NCBI RefSeq assembly: GCF_000008625.1
Contig: NC_001880.1
Span: 1-32,000 of the forward strand
DNA from: Aquifex aeolicus VF5
Lineage (GTDB): Bacteria; Aquificota; Aquificia; Aquificales; Aquificaceae
Direction: 5' to 3'
DNA: 32,000 nucleotides
Shown here: in pieces, positions 1-8,343 of the stretch
Position numbering within the stretch: the stretch's first letter is position 1
Layout of the letters: each line of letters opens with the position of its first letter
The notes under the pieces: generated by a model
Database searches by the model: none
Told to the model about the DNA's origin: nothing
What the model saw: only the letters and a program-made list of their open reading frames with translations
Program-made: the position numbers and the translations under genes

Positions 1-30
1 TTTATATCGCTTTCCGGCAAAAGGTTTTTA

Positions 31-436
31 TTCTTTCCGAGAGTCATGCGAAATCCACTTCCCATAACCAGTTCAAAGTCGTCCCAGTTTTTAGCTCCTC
101 TCTCTAAAACGTCTACATACATCGTATATGCGTTTAGCGCTTCTCTTAAGTTCCTCGCTTGGACTTCCGCCGTAAGGCTCATACCCGAGTTTCTCCCTGT
201 AGAACTCTAATCTATCCTTGAACCAGTCCTTTTCAACTCTAAAAGACGTTATTATCCCGCCTCTACCCAATATCACACACCACGAGAGATCTTCGAGATA
301 GTAAACCCTCGTCCAGCTTTTTTCACTTTTTGGCTTCATGATTATGACCCTTGAGCTTTGTGCTAACGCTTTAAAGGTTTTGAGTAGGTAATCAAGCTCG
401 TCAATTATCTGCTTGTATTTAAGCCTTGTCAATAAG
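31..436 (-). pseudogene. Truncated/frameshifted hypothetical gene; its 5' end abuts the CRISPR array
   Basis: The minus ORF 91..492 reads from CRISPR sequence into SLLTRLKYK...; the sequence at 31-233 is a diverged copy of 15947-16151, and a 1-nt length difference shifts frame between the copies. Confidence 0.5.
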
Positions 437-663
437 CTTTCTATCCCATATATGGGAACTAAAACCTCAATAGCTTCTACTCCTTCAGGCACAGCTTCTT
501 TCTTTCTATCCCATATATGGGAACTAAAACCAAAGAAGTCCTTTATCTTAGAAACCTTCTTTTTGGACCTTTCTATCCCATATATGGGAACTAAAACGGG
601 AGTTCTAAAGAAGAGGTAATCGGGTATCTTTTCGCTTTCTATCCCATATATGGGAACTAAAAC
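437..663 (-). CRISPR. CRISPR array with 4 repeats and 3 spacers
   Basis: Repeat CTTTCTATCCCATATATGGGAACTAAAAC (29 bp, identical) at 437-465, 502-530, 569-597, 635-663; spacers of 36, 38 and 37 nt. The GTTTTAG...GATAGAAAG orientation suggests minus-strand transcription. Confidence 0.93.
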
Positions 664-901
664 CCGTTAATACCCTATTGGCTTTCAAGTAATATCTTAA
701 CAAACTTTTCAAATTGATAAGCCTCCCTTTTAGCACCCGCGTTCACCTGCACCGGAGAGCCAGGGGCACACCACCTGCTAAAGCATAATATCATCAATTT
801 TTAGAAATCCTTAACAAAAGGTTGTTTAAAGGAACCTAAAGCCCTGTTTTTCTGTACCTTAGCTGTTTGACACATTAAAAACCACGTATAATCTTATACA
901 T

Positions 902-1150
902 ATGAAAGTTCGCAAAAACATAACCCTTTCAAAAAAAGCTGAAGAATACCTCAGGATGCTTGCAAGAGAAAAGAAGAAATCCCAGAGCGAGGTTATAGAA
1001 GAGTTGATAGAAAAGGAAGCAAAAGAGTATGAAAAGAAAAAGAGACTTGAGGCGTTTGAAAGGCTTGTAAAAAATGCAAAATATTACAGCGGCAAGATAG
1101 GGAATAAAACTATTCAACAAATAAAAGAGGAAATGGGAAGTGAACTCTGA
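902..1150 (+). CDS. RHH antitoxin-like protein
   Basis: 82 aa, N-terminal KNITLSKKAEEYLRMLAREKKKSQSEVIEELIEK typical of RHH; overlaps the downstream PIN ORF. Confidence 0.8.
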   Translation: MKVRKNITLSKKAEEYLRMLAREKKKSQSEVIEELIEKEAKEYEKKKRLEAFERLVKNAKYYSGKIGNKTIQQIKEEMGSEL

Positions 1151-1574
1151 AAAAGTCTTCGTTGACGGAAATGTAATAGTAGACATTTTTGATGAAAGAA
1201 GGGTAAACCATAAATACTCGGTACAAGCAATTCGTATACTTTTAGCTAACAAGTTTGATCTTCTAACAAGTTCTGACCTTATTACCACCGTTTATTATGT
1301 ACTGTCTAAAATAGATAAAAAGAAAGCTTTATCGGATATAAAGGAAGTCGTAAACATTCTTGAGATTATACCTTTTGGTAAAGCAGAAGTAGAAAAAGCC
1401 ATAGAACTTATGGAAGGAGATAAAAATTTCAAAGATTTAGAGGATACACTCCAGTACGTTCTTGCAAAAAAGGAAGGTTGTAAGCTTATACTTTCAAACG
1501 ATAAAAGCTTTTACTCCCCCGATATTGAAGTGCTAACTACAGAGGAGTTTTGTGAGAGATGGAACACTTTATAG
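1140..1574 (+). CDS. PIN-domain (VapC-like) toxin
   Basis: VFVDGNVIVDIFDERR start, conserved acidic residues, KKEGCKLILSNDKSF C-terminal part; overlaps the antitoxin ORF. Confidence 0.82.
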   Translation: MNSEKVFVDGNVIVDIFDERRVNHKYSVQAIRILLANKFDLLTSSDLITTVYYVLSKIDKKKALSDIKEVVNILEIIPFGKAEVEKAIELMEGDKNFKDLEDTLQYVLAKKEGCKLILSNDKSFYSPDIEVLTTEEFCERWNTL

Positions 1575-1710
1575 AGGTTATAAAAACATAGACAGAAATA
1601 GACACTTGACACAATAGGATAAAACGTGTGAATTTTAGACTAAGAAATAGGTAAAAAAACAGATATCGTCAGGGAAATAAAATAAAAACTTATTAAAGAA
1701 ATTCTGCAAG

Positions 1711-3174
1711 ATGAAAGTAATCAAGAAAACGGTTCTTCTTAAAGTTTACGAACCAAACAAAGGAAAAAAGGAATGTCTTGATAGAGTAATAGACCTTTAC
1801 GCTAAAACGCTTGATTTTTACCTTGACGTTATCAAAAAAGCGGGAATATACAGAATAGTAGCACTTGCGAGGAAAAAGAAAGAAAGAAAATCAGGAAGGA
1901 AAAGCAACTATGCACTCAATTTGCTTGAAAAGTTAACCGTTCCCACACAAGCGCATCCAAACCCCCTCTATCCCATACCCTTCAGCGTGAGAGTTGATAT
2001 AAGAAGGAGTGCAATAAATCAAGCGATAGGAATGGTATCAAGCTACGTGTCAAACTTAAAAAACTGGTATGAAGAAGGAAAAGAACTCGGACACTCAAAA
2101 CCCTCGTATCCTAATCCAAAAAGCTACTCTCCTCAGCTTTACAGCACTTTAGTAGAACTTGACGACTTGCTTGTAAGGGAAAACAAAGAGTTTCACTTTG
2201 TGAGGATAAAGGTTCTGAACGAAAAAGAAAGATAGGAATGGAAGAATTATCCCGTGAAGGTATACAAAAGGTTGTATGAACTCCTGGGCAGGGGATACAA
2301 ACCGTTAAAGAGTGCAAGGTTAATAAAACGTGGAAAAGATTACTACATAGGGATAACCTTGCAAAAAGCTGTCAAGGAAAAGAAGATAAAAAAACCGAGG
2401 TATGTAATAAACGTGGATTTAAACGTTCAGAGGAATTTAGCTTGCATAGGGATATTTGAAGTAGATTGGGAAAAAAGAGAAAGCAAGCTATACGGGATAA
2501 AGTTTGTAAACGGAAAGCTTTTGAGACTTGTATACAAAAGGGATTACTTGTTTGAGGAGATAAGGAAGAAACAGAGGCAGACAGGAAGGAGTCCACAGGT
2601 AGGAGATAATTCAAGACTGTGGAAAAAAGTAAACAATTTAAACAGAGACATAGCTTTAAAAGTAGCGAAAGAAATAAGCGATATAGCAAGGGAGTTTTCA
2701 GAGAAAGGAGAAGTTATAGTAGTATTTGAAAAACTAAAAGGACTCAGAGGTAGGAAAGGAAGAAGCAAGAAGCTAAACAGAAAGATAAACTTCTGGATGA
2801 GAAGGAAAATACAGGAGAGAGTAAAGGAACTCGGATTAGAAGAAGGATTTGGATTAGATTTTGTGTATCCGCATTATACGTCAAAGAAGTGTAGCAAATG
2901 CGGTTATGAGGGAGAGAGGTTCTCTCCCTCGGGTTCAAAAGCGTTGTTTTTGTGTAAGAAGTGTGGATATGTGGTAAATGCGGACGTGAATGCGGTATTC
3001 AATCAACACTTTCTTTACCTGTCCCATCTCCTAAATGGAGGTGGGAAAGCCCGCCCTGTGGTGCGGGTTGGGACTTCGCTGAAAAGTCCCTCACGTGAGG
3101 GACACAATCTAAGCGGAGTCCCTAAAGCAACAACTACCTTTTTCTATATTTCTTCACTTTTGTCTACATTTTAA
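1711..3174 (+). pseudogene. tnpB: TnpB RNA-guided nuclease interrupted by one in-frame TAG
   Basis: ORFs 1711..2235 and 2254..3174 share a frame (offset 543 nt), separated by TAG at 2233-2235. The second ORF has RuvC-like motifs (INVDLN, VVFEKLKG, NADVNAVFN) and a CSKCG/CKKCG zinc finger. Confidence 0.88.
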
Positions 3175-3192
3175 GGTAGCTGTTGCAACCAC
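3017..3192 (+). ncRNA. Putative omega-RNA / right-end structure of the TnpB element
   Basis: Hairpins CCCATCTCC/GGAGGTGGG and CCCGC/GCGGG, palindrome GTCCCTCACGTGAGGGAC, terminal inverted repeat GCAACAACTACCT/AGGTAGCTGTTGC; block repeated at 15405-15571. Confidence 0.65.
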
Positions 3193-3447
3193 TCATCAAT
3201 AACTCTTCTAGTTTTCTAAGCATTCCTTTACAACCGAGCGGTTTATCCAAAATAAGGCAAACACCCTTCTATCAAGTTTCCCTTTATAGGTTATTCCCTT
3301 TTCAGAGAAATAGCTTTAGAGGGAAGTTTTCTTCCCTAAACATACGCTTCCATCTTCAGTTGTCCATTATCATGGACAACGAAATAGATAAATAGCTTAG
3401 AAGATAAATATTTGACAAAGTAAGCAGAAAAGTAGACATTTAGAATT

Positions 3448-3669
3448 ATGACGGTTAAACAAGAAGACAAGCTTCTCAGCACACCAGAACTTTTAGAGGA
3501 GCTTAAAAAAAGAGGAATAGATATAAGCAGAGTGACTTTATACTTCTGGATAAAAAAAGGGAAAATCCCTAAGAAATTCTATACCGTCAAAAAAAGACTT
3601 GAGAGGCAGTTCTATTACTTCAAACCCGAACTCGTAGAATTTCTAACCCAGAAACTCTCCTCCCGGTAA
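3448..3669 (+). CDS. Small HTH (MerR/excisionase-like) protein, module A
   Basis: 73 aa: STPELLEELKKRGIDISRVTLYFWIKKGKIPKKFY...FYYFKPELVEFLTQKL; paralogous to 8069..8290 and 29330..29548. Confidence 0.85.
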   Translation: MTVKQEDKLLSTPELLEELKKRGIDISRVTLYFWIKKGKIPKKFYTVKKRLERQFYYFKPELVEFLTQKLSSR

Positions 3670-3706
3670 TTTTCAAAACTTCTATCCTAAGCCCTTTATC
3701 CCTTTA

Positions 3707-4044
3707 GTTCTCCCTATATAGGGAGAACCGATAGGCAATTACCTATTTTCTAATACATTCCTTGAAAGAAAAATTCCCCCTATTTAGGGAGAACTTGTTG
3801 TTTTGAGTATGATTTTTGAGGGGTTGAAAAGAAGTTCTCCCTAAGCACATTAACTTTATCTATACAGACAAGGAAAATTCTTGTTTTTAGAGTAATACCT
3901 AAAGTATTAGGGAGAACTTTTTAAAAGGTACTTGAAAATCAAAATATTACCCAAAGGTTCTCCCTAATTAGGGAGAATAAATTGTTTTTTTAAAATCTTT
4001 GCTCTTCAACTTTTCAGGATTTGTTCTCCCTATATAGGGAGAAC
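3707..4044. promoter_or_regulatory. Six-site operator/iteron-like array A (consensus GTTCTCCCTATATAGGGAGAAC)
   Basis: Sites start at 3707, 3773, 3834 (left half), 3896 (right half), 3957, 4023; intervals 66/61/62/61/66. Confidence 0.9.
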
Positions 4045-4110
4045 TTAAACTTTTTATCTACTTTACTATTGCGACTATTTATCTACTTATCTAAATTTTG
4101 TAGGTAAGTT

Positions 4111-5064
4111 ATGGAGCATGAAAAAGCAATAAAAGAAATACTTGGAATAGACGACAGAATAAGGCTTTACGCAATAGAAAAATACGAGAAGAAGAAAAAG
4201 ACATTTTACAGATTTACGGGCTGGGATACTTACAAAAAGAAAATGGTGAAAGTACACATTCCCCGTAAGTTAGAAAAGGAAATCTTCTCCCTTTGGAAGG
4301 AACATCAGAAGGAGAAGCAACAACTAAAAGCTTTAGAACAAGAAGTCAAAGCACTCCTTGAAAAGTATAAAGACGCCGAAAAGATAAAAGAAGTTCTGGA
4401 AAGAATTGCTCAAGAGAGTATTACCAAAACCGCTTCAAGCCATGCATTAAAGACCTACACAGACAAAGCTAAAGAACTTTTCAAAAAGTTCGAAAAAGAC
4501 CTCATAAATCTCTACAAAGAAGGAGTTTTAAAAAGACTCACAATCCTTCAAGTCCTCTATCTCCTTGCCAATCTGAAAGAAATGTCAGAAGAACAGAAAA
4601 ATCCCCAGTTCCTCTTCAAGAAGGGAATAAGCACGATAATAAAGGTAGCAAAGAACGAAAGAATTCCGAATCCCTTCGGAACGCTAAAAAATGACTTTTT
4701 CCTTTCCGGGACACAAACTCCCTACGACTTTCTACTTTCAAGTTTCCTGGAAGAAGTCCTCGAAGAAACCTTGAGAGAGCTTCTTGAAAAAGAAATAGAA
4801 AAAATAGAAGCAGAAAGACGGGCAAAGGAATACGAAGAAAAAATGGAAAAGATAAAAGAAATAGTGGAGTGGTTCGAAAGCTTGCCCCACAAAATAAAGC
4901 AAACTGCAAAAGAAGTGATTTCTCAAAACACCGTGGAAGTAGCGGAAAAAATTTTGAAAGACATGGAAGATGGAAACTTCAGCTTGAAGGAAGTTCAGGA
5001 CTACCTTGAAAAGTCTACAAGAGAAAACCTTGTTGACTACTTCAGGTATCTCAAAAACCTTTAG
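4111..5064 (+). CDS. Charged coiled-coil protein of module A, unknown family (317 aa)
   Basis: Shares LxRLxxLQxLYLLANxKEM and NPFGTLKNDFFLSG-QTPYDFLL with 8785..9741 and 30009..30965. Confidence 0.9.
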   Translation: MEHEKAIKEILGIDDRIRLYAIEKYEKKKKTFYRFTGWDTYKKKMVKVHIPRKLEKEIFSLWKEHQKEKQQLKALEQEVKALLEKYKDAEKIKEVLERIAQESITKTASSHALKTYTDKAKELFKKFEKDLINLYKEGVLKRLTILQVLYLLANLKEMSEEQKNPQFLFKKGISTIIKVAKNERIPNPFGTLKNDFFLSGTQTPYDFLLSSFLEEVLEETLRELLEKEIEKIEAERRAKEYEEKMEKIKEIVEWFESLPHKIKQTAKEVISQNTVEVAEKILKDMEDGNFSLKEVQDYLEKSTRENLVDYFRYLKNL

Positions 5065-5114
5065 TACAGAGGAACGGAAGCCCCTCTCAAAAAAAAATCA
5101 AGGGAGGTAAGGAA

Positions 5115-5387
5115 ATGAAAGCAAAAGACGACTTTGAAAAAATACTTTTTGAAGAAGCGGAAGCTTTAGAAAAGATTCTTGAACTTCTCCAGAAAGTAAG
5201 GCAAAAGGAAATCCCTACGGAAAAATTGTGTAATCTGTTGGAAGGAGTCCCGAAAATCAAAATTTCTCCTCTTTCCGTTGACACAAAAAGAGCAACGATA
5301 GTAATCCAGATTGAAGGAGAGGGAAGAAAATTGGTTGCAGAAAAATGGAATAGAATCGTAAGGTGGGAAGAAGATGACACTCTCTAA
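5115..5387 (+). CDS. Hypothetical 90-aa protein following module A
   Basis: Preceded by aagggaggtaagg (SD-like), codirectional with the upstream gene. Confidence 0.6.
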   Translation: MKAKDDFEKILFEEAEALEKILELLQKVRQKEIPTEKLCNLLEGVPKIKISPLSVDTKRATIVIQIEGEGRKLVAEKWNRIVRWEEDDTL

Positions 5388-5459
5388 AATTTTGGGAGAA
5401 CTCACTTATTTATTTATAGACGAAGAAGAACGGTGTTTAAAATTTAAAAAAAGGAAAAC

Positions 5460-5702
5460 ATGGAAGATAGAAAAATAGAGGCTATAAAGGAAAGGATAAG
5501 ATTTTACACAGAAGCTTTTAAAACTCTTTTAATAATTTCAGCTACACTTACTGGTGGAATTGCAGGTTTACTTTTCAAACTAAACAGTCCCACAAGTGTA
5601 TTCCTTATAGTGGTTGGATTGATAATAGATGTGATTCTAATTTCCGTAGCTATAAAGTTATATTTAAACATTGAGGAATTATTTAGGAGGATAGAAAAAT
5701 GA
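5460..5702 (+). CDS. Two-TM small membrane protein
   Basis: 80 aa, TLTGGIAGLLFKLN...VFLIVVGLIIDVILISVAIKLY; paralogous to 20296..20565. Confidence 0.7.
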   Translation: MEDRKIEAIKERIRFYTEAFKTLLIISATLTGGIAGLLFKLNSPTSVFLIVVGLIIDVILISVAIKLYLNIEELFRRIEK

Positions 5703-5821
5703 CGGAGACTTTGGGAATATTAGCTTTTCTTCTTGCAGCGACTGTATTCTCATTAGCCATACTATATATTGGTATTAAATCAACGAAAGAGACCAATAGA
5801 ATTATCAAAGAAGGAAAGTGA
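5699..5821 (+). CDS. 40-aa single-TM protein (MTETLGILAFLLAATVFSLAILYIGIKSTKETNRIIKEGK)
   Basis: ATGA overlap with the stop of 5460..5702; same two-gene arrangement as 20565->20195. Confidence 0.55.
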   Translation: MTETLGILAFLLAATVFSLAILYIGIKSTKETNRIIKEGK

Positions 5822-5876
5822 GCGGAGATATACTTCCCAGAAAAACCTTTTCTGAACTCTTCAAAAGGGAAAAATA

Positions 5877-6824
5877 ATGGAACATTTCATAGACACCTAT
5901 CTTTACGAACTCAGGAAAGTAAGGGACGAAAAGACGATAAAGAAAAAGGAGTATCTTCTCAAGCACCTTCAGGATTATTCCGAGGACCTTCCCGCATTTG
6001 ACCAGTCCGAAATCTTCTCCTTCTATGAATACCTCAAAAACAAGAACCTCAAAGAAACTACCATAAGAGACATTCTCAAAGAAGTAAGGCTCTTCTACGA
6101 ATGGTTGCAGGAGCAAGGACTTAATTTGAAGTTTGACGAAAAGGCACTCAAAAAGCTATTTCAGTCTAAAAAGTCCCAAGAAGCCCTAAAGTCAAAGAAG
6201 AAGTATTACTCGGACGATGAGATAAACCTTATCTTGAATGCCATAAGGGGAGCTGTGGAGGGAATTTCTACAAAACACCCGATTTACTACATTCTTACGA
6301 TATTCCTGCTTTGTTCGGGACTGAGAATTTCCGAAGCGGTAAAGGTAAGAAAGAAAGACTTTGAAGTAAAGAGAATTTTGACGGAAGAAGGAGAAGAAAA
6401 GGAAGTGTGGTTTGTAAAAGTAAGGGAAGGAAAGTTCGGAAAGGAGAGAAAGGCACTTATCTACTTTTTCCGTCCTGAATGGAAGAGGATTTTTGAGGAA
6501 AGACTTAAAAAACTAAAGCCCGAGGACTTTTTCTTTACCTATGCGGTCAAATACCCAAAAAGCGTTAAAGTGTTCACACTTACGGATAAAACCGCCAAGT
6601 GGTTTTACTGGAAACTGGAAAAAGAATTAAGGGAAAAGGGATATGAGATTGAAGTAAACGCTCACAGGTTTAGAAATACATACATAACGAAGCTGGCAAC
6701 CAAAGGATTTCCTGTGAACCTGATAGCGGACTGGGTAGGACACTCAAAGATTTCCACTACTATGGACGTCTACATGGAAGCGGAGAGGGAAAAGCAATTA
6801 GAGGCTATTTTGGAGAGGATTTGA
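5877..6824 (+). CDS. Tyrosine recombinase / integrase
   Basis: CSGLRISEA...HRFRNTYITKLATKG...DWVGHSKISTTMDVYM: R..HxxR..GH..Y signature. Confidence 0.92.
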   Translation: MEHFIDTYLYELRKVRDEKTIKKKEYLLKHLQDYSEDLPAFDQSEIFSFYEYLKNKNLKETTIRDILKEVRLFYEWLQEQGLNLKFDEKALKKLFQSKKSQEALKSKKKYYSDDEINLILNAIRGAVEGISTKHPIYYILTIFLLCSGLRISEAVKVRKKDFEVKRILTEEGEEKEVWFVKVREGKFGKERKALIYFFRPEWKRIFEERLKKLKPEDFFFTYAVKYPKSVKVFTLTDKTAKWFYWKLEKELREKGYEIEVNAHRFRNTYITKLATKGFPVNLIADWVGHSKISTTMDVYMEAEREKQLEAILERI

Positions 6825-6831
6825 AACTACT

Positions 6832-7101
6832 TCATTTATAAGCCTCTCCCCTCGGAGCTATATTTACTACAGCTATGATTTTTTCTTCAGGTATTAATGC
6901 AAATATTACTCTGTAATCTCCTACCCTTAAGCGATAAAAACCCTTAAGCTTTCCTACCAAGGGTCTTACGTGTTTGTGCATTAGAGGGTCTTCACATTCG
7001 CTTAATTCTTCAAGAGCTTTCGTTATCCTCTTCCTTGTATTCCTATCCAGTTTCTTATACTTCCTTTCAGCGGTAGAGGATAGCTTAATCGTCCAGCTCA
7101 T
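6832..7101 (-). CDS. RelE/ParE-family toxin
   Basis: 89 aa; AERKYKKLDRNTRKRI...VRPLVGKLKGFYRLRVGDYRVIFALI. Confidence 0.9.
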   Translation of the reverse strand: MSWTIKLSSTAERKYKKLDRNTRKRITKALEELSECEDPLMHKHVRPLVGKLKGFYRLRVGDYRVIFALIPEEKIIAVVNIAPRGEAYK

Positions 7102-7327
7102 CTAATTTCTTTCCACCGCCCCTCTTTATCTCTTCCAGTCCTTTCTGACACTCTTCAAGGAAGTTAGGAATAGAAAGAAGCTCAAGCGTTTCTTTATGCC
7201 TCTTTATGTATTCGTCAATCAGCTCGTTCAATATGTCGTTAATCTTTCTTCCTTCATACCCTGCTAAAGCCCTAAGAAGCCGTGCTTTCTCTTCGTCAAT
7301 CCTGATAGTGGTTGTTACTCTCTTCAT
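7085..7327 (-). CDS. RHH antitoxin
   Basis: VTTTIRIDEEKARLLRALAGYEGRKINDILNELIDEYI; overlaps the RelE ORF. Confidence 0.82.
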   Translation of the reverse strand: MKRVTTTIRIDEEKARLLRALAGYEGRKINDILNELIDEYIKRHKETLELLSIPNFLEECQKGLEEIKRGGGKKLDELDD

Positions 7328-7394
7328 AAAAGATTAAAATAGAATATTGAATTGTTGATTTCAATAAGTCATGAAATCAAATTAAAGGGAAGCT

Positions 7395-7979
7395 ATGAAC
7401 AAGCTCTTAGAGAGTCCCTACGACATAGTTCTTGAAGAGGTAAGGGAGGGAAAGGTAAATCCCTTTGACGTGGACCTTGACCATTTAATAGCGCTTTTTC
7501 GGAAGAAAGCAAAAGAACTTAAGGGCTCCGAATACATGCTCGAAGCGGGAAAATTTCTGGAGGCTTCTTCAAAACTCCTTTTGCTAAAGCTTGAATACTT
7601 CTTTCCCAAGTCCCAAAAAGAAAGGAAGAAGGTAAGTCTGAAGGAAGTTCAAGAAGTATTGATAGAAGAGGGTGAGGAAGACCTTTCCCGTTTTGACACT
7701 TCTTTCTTGTGGGAGTATTCTCCTGAAGTCGGGAGACCTAAAAGCTCTAAAGGGGAAAAGCCGAAAATCCTGGAGTGGAGAGAGTTCTGGAAACTCTCAA
7801 AAGAGCGCGTTCCACTTCACAGGGAACCGAACTGGCAGGAAGAGGCAAAAAGAGTTTATGAGGAGATAAAGAGGGGAGTGTTCAGGATAAGGAACTTGAG
7901 GGACTTCATAGCTTTTCTGTTTGCCTACATGGAGTATGAGGAAGTCCAGAAGGAAGAGCTATTAAGGAGATTACTTTAG
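7395..7979 (+). CDS. scpA: ScpA-like segregation/condensation protein
   Basis: YDIVLEEVREGKVNPFDVDLDHLIALFRKK...LEAGKFLEASSKLLLLKLEYFFP typical of ScpA/kleisin N-terminus. Confidence 0.8.
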   Translation: MNKLLESPYDIVLEEVREGKVNPFDVDLDHLIALFRKKAKELKGSEYMLEAGKFLEASSKLLLLKLEYFFPKSQKERKKVSLKEVQEVLIEEGEEDLSRFDTSFLWEYSPEVGRPKSSKGEKPKILEWREFWKLSKERVPLHREPNWQEEAKRVYEEIKRGVFRIRNLRDFIAFLFAYMEYEEVQKEELLRRLL

Positions 7980-8068
7980 AGTAAAACTTGAGCGGCTACC
8001 GAAGGAAGGCTTTTCCGTTTTCGAGAAGGATTGTAATTATTTTCCCAAAAGTCTTTCAACATAGTTTC

Positions 8069-8290
8069 TTATTCGGAAAGTTTCTCCAAAAGATAATCCA
8101 CAACTTCGGGTTTGAAGTAGTAGAGCCTTTTTCTTCCGCCCAATCTTTTGATGTGCATGTATTCTTGAGGTATAAAGCCTCTCAAAATCCAGTAGTATAT
8201 GCCAGACCGTGTTATAGGAATTCCTTTCTTATTTAGTTCCTCTAAAAGTTCGCTCAGGCTTATTAGCTTTTCTTCCGTCATCTGAACCAT
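8069..8290 (-). CDS. Small HTH protein, module B
   Basis: SLSELLEELNKKGIPITRSGIYYWILRGFIPQEYMHIKR...LYYFKPEVVDYLLEKLSE. Confidence 0.85.
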   Translation of the reverse strand: MVQMTEEKLISLSELLEELNKKGIPITRSGIYYWILRGFIPQEYMHIKRLGGRKRLYYFKPEVVDYLLEKLSE

Positions 8291-8343
8291 ACTATTAATT
8301 TTTCTTCAGTTTTTTAGATTGTCAAAATTTTTGCGATTCAGTG

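Noticed and set aside
700-860. tRNA or known riboswitch in the GC-rich patch near the CRISPR
   Set aside because: No cloverleaf, T-loop or recognisable aptamer consensus could be assembled by eye; kept only as an observation.
1711-3192. TnpA transposase partner and defined left end of the TnpB element
   Set aside because: No TnpA ORF is present and I could not identify the left boundary, so only the right-end block is annotated.
3707-4044. Array A could be a CRISPR, given its ~61-66 bp period and a palindrome resembling the core of the true CRISPR repeat at 437-663
   Set aside because: Sites are 22-bp palindromes with degenerate and half-site members in a symmetric order, and the same order recurs in B and C with different sequences beside HTH genes.
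4616-4926. Antisense ORFs inside module A large gene (likewise 8861-9639, 30145-30912, 2111-2938)
   Set aside because: Leu/Phe/Ser-rich translations typical of the complement of Lys/Glu-rich coding sequence; no RBS or independent support.
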